From Deltaproteobacteria bacterium (lineage in GTDB: Bacteria > Myxococcota_A > Polyangia > Fen-1088), in the NCBI GenBank assembly GCA_033763315.1, contig JANRKS010000035.1, positions 128,001-192,000 on the forward strand: a stretch of 64,000 bases of DNA, in the 5' to 3' direction. This document shows, piece after piece, positions 50,271 to 61,524 of the stretch (the stretch's first letter is position 1; every line of letters starts with the position of its first letter). The notes below the pieces were generated by a model. That model did no database searches. It was not told the origin of the DNA and was given only the letters and a program-made list of their open reading frames with translations. The position numbers were made by a program, and so were the translations under genes.

Positions 50271-51137
50271 ATGAAGACGATTGCAGGCAGAACTTCACAA
50301 ACGGCACGCTTGAGCCGCCGGGGTTTGCTGGGGCACGCCGCCGCGGGCGGGCTGGCCACCCTGCTGATGGGTCGGGGCCAGGCGATTGCGGCCGCCCCCA
50401 AGGCGCCGCTGCTGAAGTTGGGTTTGGCTTCGTATTCACTGCGCAAGCTATCGGTGGATCAACTGATCGAAGCGTGCGGCAAGTTGGACTTGCGCTACCT
50501 CACGCTCAAAGACATGCACCTGCCGCGCGAGCCGAAGGCGTTGCAAGACGCGGTGGCGAAATTCAAAGCCGCCAACATCACCATCATGGGTGCGGGCGTG
50601 ATCTACATGAAGAACGAGCCCGAAAAAGTCCGCAAAGATTTCGAATACGCGCGCGATGCGGGTGTGCCGCTGATCGTTGCCGCACCTGACATCGACGCTT
50701 TGGATTTGGTGGAAGGCCTGGTCAAGGAGTTCAACATACCTGTGGCGATCCACAACCACGGCCCCGAAGACAAACTTTACCCGGGCCCATCGGATGTGAT
50801 GAAACACATCGCCAAACGCGACAAGCGCATGGGCGTTTGCATGGATGTGGGGCACACGGTGCGCGCGGGCGAAGATCCGGTGGCGCTGGTGAGCAAACTT
50901 GGCGCGCGGCTTTTCGATCTACACGTCAAAGATCTGAAAGATCCCAAAGACAAGGCCAGCCAGATCGAATCAGGCAAGGGCGTGATCGATTTGGTGGGCT
51001 TGTGCAAAGCGCTTCAGAAGCGCAAATACCAAGGCCAAGTGGGCCTTGAATACGAGATCCACGAAAACGATCCGCTGCCCGGGATCGCGGAATCGTTGGC
51101 GTATTTGCGTGGCGTGATTGCCGGCATTCGCGCTTAA
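50271..51137 (+). CDS. Tat-exported sugar phosphate isomerase/epimerase (AP endonuclease 2 TIM barrel)
   Basis: SRRGLL Tat motif; IHNHG, DVGH, HVKD, LEYE. Confidence 0.88.
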   Translation: MKTIAGRTSQTARLSRRGLLGHAAAGGLATLLMGRGQAIAAAPKAPLLKLGLASYSLRKLSVDQLIEACGKLDLRYLTLKDMHLPREPKALQDAVAKFKAANITIMGAGVIYMKNEPEKVRKDFEYARDAGVPLIVAAPDIDALDLVEGLVKEFNIPVAIHNHGPEDKLYPGPSDVMKHIAKRDKRMGVCMDVGHTVRAGEDPVALVSKLGARLFDLHVKDLKDPKDKASQIESGKGVIDLVGLCKALQKRKYQGQVGLEYEIHENDPLPGIAESLAYLRGVIAGIRA

Positions 51138-51559
51138 GACGCGGTGATCACCAGCGCGCCCTTGTACATCCCCATCCCGCACGTGAACGACAGTTCTTGC
51201 GGCTGCTGCGCGGGGATGGTGACGGTCACGTCCTCGTTCAGCGGGAGATCCTTGCGAATGTTCAGCTTGGGGAACACCAAGGTGTCGCCGCAGTTCTGCT
51301 CGTCGACGCGGCGAAAGATCAGCGTGGTGTCTTTGCCTGCGGGGGCGGTGATCGAGGCTGGGGTGTAGCCGTCTTTGCTGACGGTGACCCGCGTGACGCC
51401 GGCGGGCGTGGGAGGGGCGGCAGGGGCTGCGGGGGCTGCGGCGGGGGGCTCAACGGTGGGAGATTTGGCTTTGCACCCTGCCCCGGCGGTGAACAAAACG
51501 CCGAAAAGGGCGGCAGGAAGGGCTGCGCTGCGAAGGAGGGAGAAGTTGTGGTTTCGCAT
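51134..51559 (-). CDS. Cupredoxin-domain lipoprotein
   Basis: Lipobox GAGC; GYTPASI, NCG, FTCGMGMYKG. Confidence 0.87.
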   Translation of the reverse strand: MRNHNFSLLRSAALPAALFGVLFTAGAGCKAKSPTVEPPAAAPAAPAAPPTPAGVTRVTVSKDGYTPASITAPAGKDTTLIFRRVDEQNCGDTLVFPKLNIRKDLPLNEDVTVTIPAQQPQELSFTCGMGMYKGALVITAS

Positions 51560-51628
51560 CCCGAAAGCCAAGCACACCCGCCCACCAAAATCCTGCTGTC
51601 GGCGGCTCAAAGATCCCCGATTTCTTAA

Positions 51629-51658
51629 TTGACACCCCGAATGGCGACCCTTATATCT
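51629..51658 (+). promoter_or_regulatory. Probable sigma70 promoter of tRNA-Asp
   Basis: Perfect TTGACA at 51629-51634, AT-rich TTATATCT 16-17 bp downstream; -10 match imperfect. Confidence 0.6.
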
Positions 51659-51710
51659 ACCACCCCTGGCAGCCGGGCCCGCCCAGCCGTCAGGACTGAA
51701 AACCGAATAT

Positions 51711-53217
<1,507 letters not shown>

Positions 53218-53221
<4 letters not shown>

Positions 53222-53610
53222 TTCCTCTCCCGACGAGCCCGCGACTTTTCGAGGATGCGGTCCGCCTGATCCTCGTTGGACGCGAGGTCGTTGTTGTCTA
53301 TTCGTCTCGCCTCAAGAAATTGGTGAAGTTCTTTCGGGTCGATGAGGTTGCCGCGAGGTCCGTAGCCCTTGAGCCCCTCCAGACGCCACCGTCGAAGAGT
53401 CTTCGGTGATCGAGAAATCAGCGTGGCGGCCTTCGTGATTGTAAGGAAGCGGCGACCACCGCCGGAGCTTGCTCGCCGAGCCGGGAGCCGCTGCTCAAGG
53501 AAGTTCATGATCTCCCGCCTGAGGTCCGCAACTGCCTCCTCAACAGCGGCGCGGGCGACCTCGCCAATCGCTTCGTCGACTGAAGCTCGCCGAGCAGTGA
53601 CCCTTGTCAT
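53218..53610 (-). CDS. Excisionase-like HTH DNA-binding protein
   Basis: FLTITKAATLISRSPKTLRRWRLEG; stop overlaps the integrase GTG. Confidence 0.78.
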
Positions 53611-54068
53611 CTATCGCTGCTCCCGCGGGCCGACAACCGATCAGCCACAAGGATCATCTGCAAGTGGGTGGCGTCCGCAATTGTCCCCGGAGTTCCTCGC
53701 TTCCCGAGGCTGAGGATCTGCTCTCGCCGGAGCAACACTTCGGAGCACAAGAAGTCCAGCATCAGCAACACGTCATTCTCGGTGAAGATCTCGTGTCGCA
53801 GGAGAGTGATGAGAAAGCAGATCTCGTCGTAGTAGTGGTCAAGAAGCTCATCGGTGCACGGATGAGCTTTGGGGAAACCTTTCTCCAGCATCTCCCAGAC
53901 TCTGGATGTCGCGTACTCCCACAGATCGATCTCTTGGTCCGTTGGAAACCCATCCTCGGTCGAGGTCTCACCGAGGCCCAGAGGATTGCCGAAGAAGCCG
54001 CGAGGCGAATTCTTGATGCATTCAAAAAGACGCGCGCGGGGCTCCGAGAAAATAGGCACAATTCTCAT
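53607..54068 (-). CDS. Hypothetical acidic helical protein
   Basis: ATGA overlaps at both ends support a real gene; no recognisable motif. Confidence 0.65.
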   Translation of the reverse strand: MRIVPIFSEPRARLFECIKNSPRGFFGNPLGLGETSTEDGFPTDQEIDLWEYATSRVWEMLEKGFPKAHPCTDELLDHYYDEICFLITLLRHEIFTENDVLLMLDFLCSEVLLRREQILSLGKRGTPGTIADATHLQMILVADRLSARGSSDR

Positions 54069-55951
54069 GTCTTGCTCCAGTTTCTTGAGATCTGAGATTC
54101 GACAACCACGGGAACGTCGGGCAGATATTCCTGCATGCCAGTCACCATCTCCTCGACGACAGCGCGCTTGGCTTCGTCAGCAAGCTCGACGGGCGCCTCG
54201 ACGACGATCTCGTCGTGGACGAGATTCACAATCTGCGATCGCAAAGGACGCAGGCGCCGGTAGACGAGAGCAACGGCTCTCTTCATCCCGTCAGCGGCCG
54301 TGCCTTGGATGGGCGTGTTCAAGACCTCGGTAATCTTCGTATCCCCATCAAAAAGTCGCACACGCCCTGACGCCGTGGTGACGAACCCATCTCGCAACAA
54401 GGCCAAGCGCGCCGCCTGATGCCAGCGCGCGAGACCCCGGTAAAGCCCGAAGTACTTCTGGCGCATCAGTTGAGCCTGTGGCCGCGTGAGGATGACCTCA
54501 TACTGCGACTTGGCGTATGCAATGAAGGCCTCGGCACCCATCCCGTAGCAGAATCCGAAGTTCGCGGCTTTCGCCCGCTTTCGTTCCTCGGACGTGACAG
54601 CGTCGATCTCCTTCCCCATCACGAACGCAGCAGTTCGTTTGTGCGGATCGATCGGCGGATCGGAACAGAAGCACCGACGAAGCTCGGGTTCGCCGACCAT
54701 CTGCGCGATGACACGAAGCTCAATGGCGCCGTAGTCAGCGACGATGAGGATGCAGCCGGGACGAGCAATAAACAGGCTCCGGACATCGCCGTCTCGTGGA
54801 ACCGCCTGGATATTTGGCGCCGAACAACTCATCCGCCCAGTCGGCGCCCCAAGGGTGTGAAACGTGGGATGCAACCTCCCGTCGTGCGCAGCAGCGGCCA
54901 ACCAGGCTTGCGCATACCGATTTCGCAGAATCGCCAACTCGCGATACTCGATCACGCTCCGAGCTGCGTCGTCGTCAGGGAGTTCTCGAAGAGCTTCGGT
55001 GGCCGTTGAAGCGATGGACACGCCATGCCGGGCGGAGAATGCTTTTCGAAGCTGAGCAGGAGAATCCAGATCGAGATCTTGGGCCCCAAGTTCGTTCAGG
55101 ACGCTCGCCCCCGCCTTGACCATCGACTTGTCCCAGCGACGCATCTTCTTCTTGAGGCCGGGCACGTCCACTGCGAACCCAGCGAGTTCGATCTCCGCCA
55201 GAGGCAAGATGATCGCATTCTCCAGGTCCCACGCTTCATTCAGGGATGCCCGTTCCATCCGGTCGCGAAGTCGGGCAAACAGTCGGAACAGAAGGCCGAC
55301 ATCAAGCGCGGCGTATTGGAGTTGCTCAGTGGAGAGCTTGGGACGCCCCCAGTCCGATCGCTGCTCGGTCTTGTCCACCTCCTCGTTAAGTAGATCGCGG
55401 ACCACCGAGGCCAGGGTGTAGCGGCCTTTCTCTCCGCGTTCACCGGTGCCGAGGCAGCCCTGATCCAGAACCGCAGCGACGAACAGGTCGACCGGCCACT
55501 CGATGCGGACATCGAAATGATGGAGCAGGTTCTTGAGGTCGAACTTGATGTTGAAGCCGATGCAGGGACGATCCCGTTTCAGCAACTCACGAAGCGGTGG
55601 GGGCAAACCTCCAAGCCGCAGAAGATCGAAGATGACCACGTGCTCGGAGGACGATGCGACCTGGACCAATCGGACGCGGTTTCTATGTGGGTCCACGGCC
55701 GGCTTGTCCGACGGACCGATGGGCGCCATCGCCGAGTAGGTCTCGATGTCAAGCGCGAGAATGTCGGCCGACTCCAGCTTGTGGCAGGCGTGCGCGGCAT
55801 GGTCGAACGTTTCGACGAGTTCGAACGATGGGAAGACCGTTACCGGGGCCTGATTCCTCCCGCTCAGGCTGCCGTTGGGACATGCAGCGGGACGACCGCC
55901 AGGCGCCTGAAGCACCGCAGGTGGGGAGAGGGGGACATGACATTTATCCAT
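54065..55951 (-). CDS. Family A DNA polymerase with 3'-5' exonuclease, lacking the 5'-3' nuclease domain
   Basis: ExoI DIET, ExoII FNIKFD, ExoIII YAALD; TGRMSCSAPNIQ; motif A ADYGAIELR, motif B RKRAKAANFGFCYG, motif C VHDEIVVE; ATG 55951 overlaps upstream stop. Confidence 0.92.
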   Translation of the reverse strand: MDKCHVPLSPPAVLQAPGGRPAACPNGSLSGRNQAPVTVFPSFELVETFDHAAHACHKLESADILALDIETYSAMAPIGPSDKPAVDPHRNRVRLVQVASSSEHVVIFDLLRLGGLPPPLRELLKRDRPCIGFNIKFDLKNLLHHFDVRIEWPVDLFVAAVLDQGCLGTGERGEKGRYTLASVVRDLLNEEVDKTEQRSDWGRPKLSTEQLQYAALDVGLLFRLFARLRDRMERASLNEAWDLENAIILPLAEIELAGFAVDVPGLKKKMRRWDKSMVKAGASVLNELGAQDLDLDSPAQLRKAFSARHGVSIASTATEALRELPDDDAARSVIEYRELAILRNRYAQAWLAAAAHDGRLHPTFHTLGAPTGRMSCSAPNIQAVPRDGDVRSLFIARPGCILIVADYGAIELRVIAQMVGEPELRRCFCSDPPIDPHKRTAAFVMGKEIDAVTSEERKRAKAANFGFCYGMGAEAFIAYAKSQYEVILTRPQAQLMRQKYFGLYRGLARWHQAARLALLRDGFVTTASGRVRLFDGDTKITEVLNTPIQGTAADGMKRAVALVYRRLRPLRSQIVNLVHDEIVVEAPVELADEAKRAVVEEMVTGMQEYLPDVPVVVESQISRNWSKT

Positions 55952-58814
55952 TGGTTCCGCCCCCCTCCGCCCCGCCGTCCCCGCCGTGAGAGGTGCCACT
56001 GCTGTGAGGTGTCCCAGCTGGCCCACTTGTCCCGTCGGCAGGGTCTGCTCGTAATCCGCCGCGTTCGTCGGAGCCCGACTCTCCAGGAGCCGTCGGATTC
56101 GACGCATGGGCCGCGGGACTCTTCGGCGGTACCACGATGTCCGCCACCGACCGGCGCTTCTTGACCGGAGTCGCTGGCGAGGGAGGCTGAGCAGGCTTCG
56201 TCTCGGCCGAGGCCGCGGCGTACGGCAAGACAATCCAGTACGCCCGTGGGCGCTGCGGCCCCAACTCGCTCGTGTGCCGAGTCATGTGGTTGGAGTCTCC
56301 AGGAATCAGGTCCCCTCGATCCCTGAGCCCAGCCATGACCTCCTCGACATTGAACTCGTGTTTCCTTGCGAGTTCGACCAGGGGGCCCCGCATGATCGCG
56401 ACGACCCGTCGTCCTTTGGACTCCCTGGGATCGACCTTGTCGGGCTCGATGAACGCGCCGATGCGGCGCTGACTTCCGCCTTCGAGCGCAAGCTCGTTCT
56501 CGCTGATGAGGCCGAGGATGGCGTCATACCCTGCGTCCACTGGGTCCACGGCCGAATCGGGGGCGTTCCTCGCCAGTGCCCGAATCTCCCGCCCTGTGGT
56601 GAGAGCCGCGGCGTGCGCGACCTCGGCCGGTTCGCCAAGAACGATCGTTTGCGCCAGGTAGTCCGCCAGGCAGAGGGCGGCTATGTGAAGGGTCGTCTCG
56701 TCTGGGCGATCGGCGAGGTCCCGCGCGAACTCGTCGAACGTCTTCCTCAGCCGAAATGTCTCGCTCGGTCGGATGTACCGGTCAATCAGGCCTTGGATGA
56801 ACGACGGCCCGGTGTGCCCGTGATGCTGAGCCAACTCCCGATGGAGGCTGGCGGCGAATTCGGGGCTCGCGAATGGAACCTCGCGGAACTCAACGGTTCG
56901 ATTCCGCGCCCCTTTCGCGCTGCCGGCCCGCAGAAGCGGGTGCTCGCCGCTGATCGTCGCGACCACGACCCAATCCCTGATGGCCTGCATGCCGCCACCG
57001 GCGGTGCCGCGCGCCCGGCCGGTCTCGCCACCAACCTGGTAGGCGAGCAGGTCCAGAATCTGCTGGTTTCGCGTCTGCTGGGTGTCGTCGATCCACAAGA
57101 CGTTGTCCCGGTACTGGGCAAGGGCAGCCTCCATCGCCGTCGACGTGGCATCGCCCGTGATCTTGAGCCCCTCGGGACGCCCCCACGGAGAAACGGCCAG
57201 CGCCTGCGCGGCTGATTTGCCCCCTCCAGAGTTCGACCACACCGATAGAGCAAAGCTCCTTCGGCCGATCAGTCGCAGGATGGGCCCGGCGTATCCTGCT
57301 GCCCAGAAGACGCGTGCGACGGGCGACTTTCTTCGCGCCTCGCGGCACAGATCCAGGTACGACTCAATTCGCCCTCGCGCCTCCTGAGCATCGAGCACCT
57401 TGTCACCGGTCTCTAGAATCGGCCATCCCTCACTTCCGATGACCTTGCGTCCGAACACGTAGGACCCGAGGTCTCTGGTCCATCCAGGTTTTGTAAAAAC
57501 CTGGACCTCGGGAATGCGGTGCTTGTGGAATTGCTCCTGCCTCTGGAGAAACATCTGCACGACGGGCCGATTCGCCTGCTGCACCGGCGCGCCGTGCGCC
57601 GCAAGCTCGATGATCTCGGGACTTGAGAGCTGCAATCGGGGCACACGACGAACGACCTCCCGGTCCCGGTGTTTGAACCGGACGGCAGAGTAGACCGTCT
57701 GATCCTCTGCTATCCCGATGGCGACGATATTGATTGGTGCGCTTGTGATCGGGGTCGGATCTTTGCTCTCGTGGTTCTTCCAAAGGCCGGCTCGCGGCCC
57801 ATCGGCCACAATGAAGAATCCGGGCGCGCCCATCCAACCGTCGGAGTCGTCCTCATCGTCCGCGTTTTGGGAGTGCCTGGCAAACGTCGTGGTCTTCAGG
57901 AGCGCTTTGAGGTCACGGACTTTCCGCCCCAAGAGGCGCGCCGCCTCGTTCACCCACATGGCTTTTTGATCTGGATCTTGCTGGCATGCGAATGGGATTG
58001 CACGGTTCAACTCCAGTTGCTGGCGCTCCAAGCTCCAGGCACGCCACCTCTTTGCCAGCCACTCGACGAGGTTCGCTTGCGGGTCCGTAGGCCTGGTCGC
58101 GTCCACGACTCGCGCCCTCAGTGCCTGGCCGTCACGACCTCCGCGATTGTAGGCGTCATCAAGCCCCAGCTTCTGCCCGCGGTCGCTGTCGAGAAACGCG
58201 ATGCATGAGTCCGAGCCAACCGCACGAAGCATGCTCGCCAAGCGAACGGCGGCGTTCATCACGTTCGGGTTGGCGTCGATGTCGGAATCGAACAGGATCA
58301 CGGTCTTGCGTCCTCGCGGAACGAGCGCGCCGAGGTCACCATGGAGGACCGGCCCCTCATCGCTCTGCCGCTCCCTTTTTTGGTGGAATGTGTTCACGCC
58401 GGGTGCAGCCGCAGCCGCCATGCCCAACTGATTGGCGACCAACGCCTTCTTCTCGCCCTCCAGCAAGTACAGCGGCTCGGCCGGGTCTCCGATGGCCGAG
58501 TTCACGTCACGAGGTACGTAGATCCGCGGCGGGATACCGCGGGGGGCCTCGTACTTCACTTTGCGATCCCGGTGGCGTTCCACACGAGGAGAGTCCGGCC
58601 GGTATCGAACGTAGTCGGTGCCCGGGTAGGAAAAGCGAAGCGCCGGCACGGGCGGCTTTGGCCCAATGGTCTCCCACCGCAACTCAGCCCGCATGACCTC
58701 GGGATCGGTCACAGACGTGATGCCCGCCATATCGATGGTCGCATCCAACAGCCCCTCACCGCGGAGGTACTCCAGATGGGCAGGCAGGATCTGCGGGCCG
58801 TTCGCGCCGATCAT
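55944..58814 (-). CDS. Primase-helicase fusion: DUF3854/Toprim-like N-terminus, DUF927/Cch-like P-loop C-terminus
   Basis: RYRPD...KYEAP, LEGEKKA, ILFDSD; Walker A SNSGGGKS, WIDD, GRARG; ATG 58814 in ATGA overlap. Confidence 0.82.
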   Translation of the reverse strand: MIGANGPQILPAHLEYLRGEGLLDATIDMAGITSVTDPEVMRAELRWETIGPKPPVPALRFSYPGTDYVRYRPDSPRVERHRDRKVKYEAPRGIPPRIYVPRDVNSAIGDPAEPLYLLEGEKKALVANQLGMAAAAAPGVNTFHQKRERQSDEGPVLHGDLGALVPRGRKTVILFDSDIDANPNVMNAAVRLASMLRAVGSDSCIAFLDSDRGQKLGLDDAYNRGGRDGQALRARVVDATRPTDPQANLVEWLAKRWRAWSLERQQLELNRAIPFACQQDPDQKAMWVNEAARLLGRKVRDLKALLKTTTFARHSQNADDEDDSDGWMGAPGFFIVADGPRAGLWKNHESKDPTPITSAPINIVAIGIAEDQTVYSAVRFKHRDREVVRRVPRLQLSSPEIIELAAHGAPVQQANRPVVQMFLQRQEQFHKHRIPEVQVFTKPGWTRDLGSYVFGRKVIGSEGWPILETGDKVLDAQEARGRIESYLDLCREARRKSPVARVFWAAGYAGPILRLIGRRSFALSVWSNSGGGKSAAQALAVSPWGRPEGLKITGDATSTAMEAALAQYRDNVLWIDDTQQTRNQQILDLLAYQVGGETGRARGTAGGGMQAIRDWVVVATISGEHPLLRAGSAKGARNRTVEFREVPFASPEFAASLHRELAQHHGHTGPSFIQGLIDRYIRPSETFRLRKTFDEFARDLADRPDETTLHIAALCLADYLAQTIVLGEPAEVAHAAALTTGREIRALARNAPDSAVDPVDAGYDAILGLISENELALEGGSQRRIGAFIEPDKVDPRESKGRRVVAIMRGPLVELARKHEFNVEEVMAGLRDRGDLIPGDSNHMTRHTSELGPQRPRAYWIVLPYAAASAETKPAQPPSPATPVKKRRSVADIVVPPKSPAAHASNPTAPGESGSDERGGLRADPADGTSGPAGTPHSSGTSHGGDGGAEGGGTNG

Positions 58815-59014
58815 GATCGGCCTCTCAGCTTGCGCAGTGGAAGGGCCTCGCGCCGCGATCCCTCGATGAAGGCCTCGAGGTCGCAGCGCTGAATCAATCT
58901 TCGTCGACCCAGCTTCACGCTGGCGAGGCGGCGGGTCTGGACCCAGCTGCGCACGGTGCCCAGGGGCGCCCCCGTTTCGGCTGCAACGTCCGATATTTTC
59001 AAGAACCGGCTCAT
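58811..59014 (-). CDS. Small excisionase-type (HTH_17-like) DNA-binding protein
   Basis: FLKISDVAAETGAPLGTVRSWVQTRRLASVKLGRRRLIQRCDLEAFI. Confidence 0.85.
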   Translation of the reverse strand: MSRFLKISDVAAETGAPLGTVRSWVQTRRLASVKLGRRRLIQRCDLEAFIEGSRREALPLRKLRGRS

Positions 59015-59098
59015 GCCGGTGGTTATCTGCGAATGCCGGCTGTCGCGCGATAACAGGAGTGACGGCGTTGCTGTTCTTGCGGGTTCGGCGAAGGATCG

Positions 59099-59884
59099 CT
59101 ACGGGCGATACACCCAAACACCCGGCGGGTGCCGCTGGTGCTTGTGAGCCTCAAGTAGCTTGACCGTTACCGATGTGGCCTTGGCCAGGCTGGAGCCCCG
59201 CGCCGCCCGCCCCAACTGCACGCGCAACGCCTCGGGTGATCGTGATTCGCTCAGACGGGCGTCGTCGCTCCATCCAAGCTCCAAAATATCGCTCATGACT
59301 TCAAACATCGATCGGTGGCGCCGAGTGCCCGACGTGAGGAGTCCGTGCTCGCGAAGCACGGCGGCCAGGAGGACCAACAAGTCATCGAAGTTGCGCCGTC
59401 TCCCGTCCTTTCCGCGTGTGGTGGAGCGCGAGAAAACTTCGCTTGACCGGGCGTGCGCCTGCCAAGGCCATTGTCTTTCGCCCACGATCTCGCCCCGGGC
59501 GTCGACAATGACGGTCCCTGGCGGCGATTCTCTTTCGTAGGTGTCGACGGAGAAGATTCGGTCGCTGTCGAGCCGCGACTCCAACTCGATAGCGAGTTCC
59601 AGGGTGTGCGGCTCCCAGGAGAAATGCCCGAGGAGCGCTTTCAGGGTCTCCCAATGGGAGCGGACCCTGCCCCATACCTTGCGAAGGGGGCCGGGCATTG
59701 AGGCGCACAGCTCGATCGCCACCGCGATGGGCTCTGCGGCATCTTGGGGAAGTCCCTTGATCTCGCGAATCATCTTCAATAATTCTTGGTGTTCGAGGTA
59801 CTGCCACCCGTCCGCGAGACCCTGTTCACGTGATCTGGGGCGGCCACGCGACGCCGGTCGCTTCCGGTTCTTGGTCCTGCGCAT
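59099..59884 (-). CDS. Hypothetical protein of the element
   Basis: Co-oriented 261-aa ORF filling the gap between HTH genes; basic GRPR N-terminus. Confidence 0.55.
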   Translation of the reverse strand: MRRTKNRKRPASRGRPRSREQGLADGWQYLEHQELLKMIREIKGLPQDAAEPIAVAIELCASMPGPLRKVWGRVRSHWETLKALLGHFSWEPHTLELAIELESRLDSDRIFSVDTYERESPPGTVIVDARGEIVGERQWPWQAHARSSEVFSRSTTRGKDGRRRNFDDLLVLLAAVLREHGLLTSGTRRHRSMFEVMSDILELGWSDDARLSESRSPEALRVQLGRAARGSSLAKATSVTVKLLEAHKHQRHPPGVWVYRP

Positions 59885-59895
59885 TGGGCGGAAGA

Positions 59896-60665
59896 CTATC
59901 GAACTTCCTTGCGCCCGGGGTCTGGATCAGAGCGCCGCTGTGCCGCGTTCGCGATCTCTCGATCCAACTCGGCGATCTGCGCCTTCTCCTCGTCGCTCAG
60001 CTCTTCGCCGCCAAGCCGCCGTCGCAGCTCGCGCTCCAACTCTCGATCGGCTTGGCGCGCAATGTGGTTCCGAAGAGCGCGCTCGAAGCTCTCCGGAGTC
60101 GCAGGCTCGTCGTTCCAATCCAGGAGGCGCCGAACTCGCGCGAAGGACTTCGGAGGCAGGACCCACTCCGGTCCCAGCGACTTGTACGACGCCCAGAGCG
60201 CGACGGCCTGAGCGGGGGCCAGCGACAGGTTGATGACGGCCTCGCGAGGAGACGCCCCCTCCTCGAAGAGCTTGAATGCCTTGGCGGCCACAGCGCCCTC
60301 GACGTGAACGTCGGGTACAGCCGCAGGGGGATCGACGACTCCAGTCGCGGGAACAGCGAATGAAGGACGAAACACACGGGCCACTCGCGTCCGAGGAATC
60401 ACCTTGTGAGCGCGATTCAATCGATCGATTCGCGCCGCCTCCTGTTCCACCTCGGCGCGCGAAAACAGCTTTCTTGGCTGGCATGTTGTCCCTGGCGCTT
60501 GGCCACGACCGGATGCAAATAGCCTTGCGCGACGCGGAGACGTACCGTGCTCGGCGCGAGCCCAAGGCGCTCGGCGGTTTCTTCTAACGTCATGGCGCCC
60601 GCGGTTTCTGCGGTCTTGTCGTTTGCGCCTTCTGAGGCTGCTTCGGTTTCGAGGTTTGTGCGCAT
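59896..60665 (-). pseudogene. Frameshifted HTH regulator (about 256 aa if repaired)
   Basis: GAGGTG then ATG 60665 gives MTLEETAERLGLAPSTVRLRVAQGYLHP; the expected wing RKLFSRAEVE is in the -1 frame; span is 770 nt, one short of a codon multiple. Confidence 0.62.
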
Positions 60666-60707
60666 TGGTTGTCACCTCACATGCTGATTGTGCAGTTGCA
60701 GGAAAGC

Positions 60708-60773
60708 GGCGCCACGCCGTCCCGGTGACCCGTCCGGAGCTTGGGCGGGGGAGAAGTCGGACGGCGTGGCGCC
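60708..60773. repeat. 15-bp perfect inverted repeat enclosing a second hairpin
   Basis: GGCGCCACGCCGTCC (60708-60722) / GGACGGCGTGGCGCC (60759-60773); inner CCCGTCC/GGGCGGG. Confidence 0.85.
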
Positions 60774-60801
60774 AAATTCACGTGGGCCGATCCGAAGGGG
60801 A

Positions 60802-61401
60802 TCAGCGCTTGTTCTTCGGCGTACCCCGCGCGCCGAACTGGCGCTCGGTGGACGAGTCGAGAGGCGCGGACGCCGCTGGTGCCATGGTCACCTCGGCGGA
60901 GGTCGGCCCAGCGGGAGCCACGTACCTGTCGACGCTGTCCGGCGCAATTGGCGCGGGAGGCGCGGATGCGGCGAGGCGAACATCGCTCGAAAGGTCCACC
61001 ACCGGACCGCTGAACATGAACGCCGCAGGCTGGTTTGTAGCCGGCGCTGCCGCCCCCACGCGCGCGAGGTAAACGTCCCCCGTAGCCATCACCGGGGGCG
61101 ACGGAACAATCTGAACCATCGTCCCGCCCACGCTTACCGGCGTCCGGGGCGCCGGTGCCTCACCCCACGGCGACCATGGACGTTGAGGGACCGTTACCTC
61201 GGTTGCGTTGTTGAGCGGTTGACCTGGCGGCGGTCCCCCATGGGCCCACGCTGGAATCGTGGCGTCCCCCGATGCGATGGGCGGCGCCTCAGCCGGCGCA
61301 AACCTCACGTCGACCGAGCCCACGTGGACCGTCGGTGCCTCCGTAGGACCCGAACGGGAACTCGACGGCGGAACCAGGGCGCCAATGAAGACCTCAGCCA
61401 C
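60802..61401 (-). CDS. Pro/Ala-rich hypothetical protein (doubtful)
   Basis: Co-oriented with the element operon and fills the gap, but low complexity with no clear RBS. Confidence 0.35.
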   Translation of the reverse strand: MAEVFIGALVPPSSSRSGPTEAPTVHVGSVDVRFAPAEAPPIASGDATIPAWAHGGPPPGQPLNNATEVTVPQRPWSPWGEAPAPRTPVSVGGTMVQIVPSPPVMATGDVYLARVGAAAPATNQPAAFMFSGPVVDLSSDVRLAASAPPAPIAPDSVDRYVAPAGPTSAEVTMAPAASAPLDSSTERQFGARGTPKNKR

Positions 61402-61504
61402 GACAGCACCGGCCTGGCCGCCGATGCGGCCCCTTCATCTTGCACATGTTTTTCTTTCCCCGAGGCGGGCTGAAGGGGCTCGTGGCCACCCGACTCGGAC
61501 GTTG

Positions 61505-61524
61505 CGCTCGTCACCTGACGAGCG
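61505..61524. promoter_or_regulatory. 20-bp palindrome in the divergent intergenic region (candidate operator)
   Basis: CGCTCGTCA-CC-TGACGAGCG. Confidence 0.4.

Noticed and set aside
55952-56233. 94-aa N-terminal extension of the polymerase
   Set aside because: Lies within the helicase 3' end and reads as off-frame sequence; ATG 55951 overlaps the helicase stop
58815-59117. 101-aa N-terminal extension of the primase-helicase in the ORF track
   Set aside because: Overlaps the HTH gene 58811..59014; the ATGA-coupled start at 58814 is more plausible
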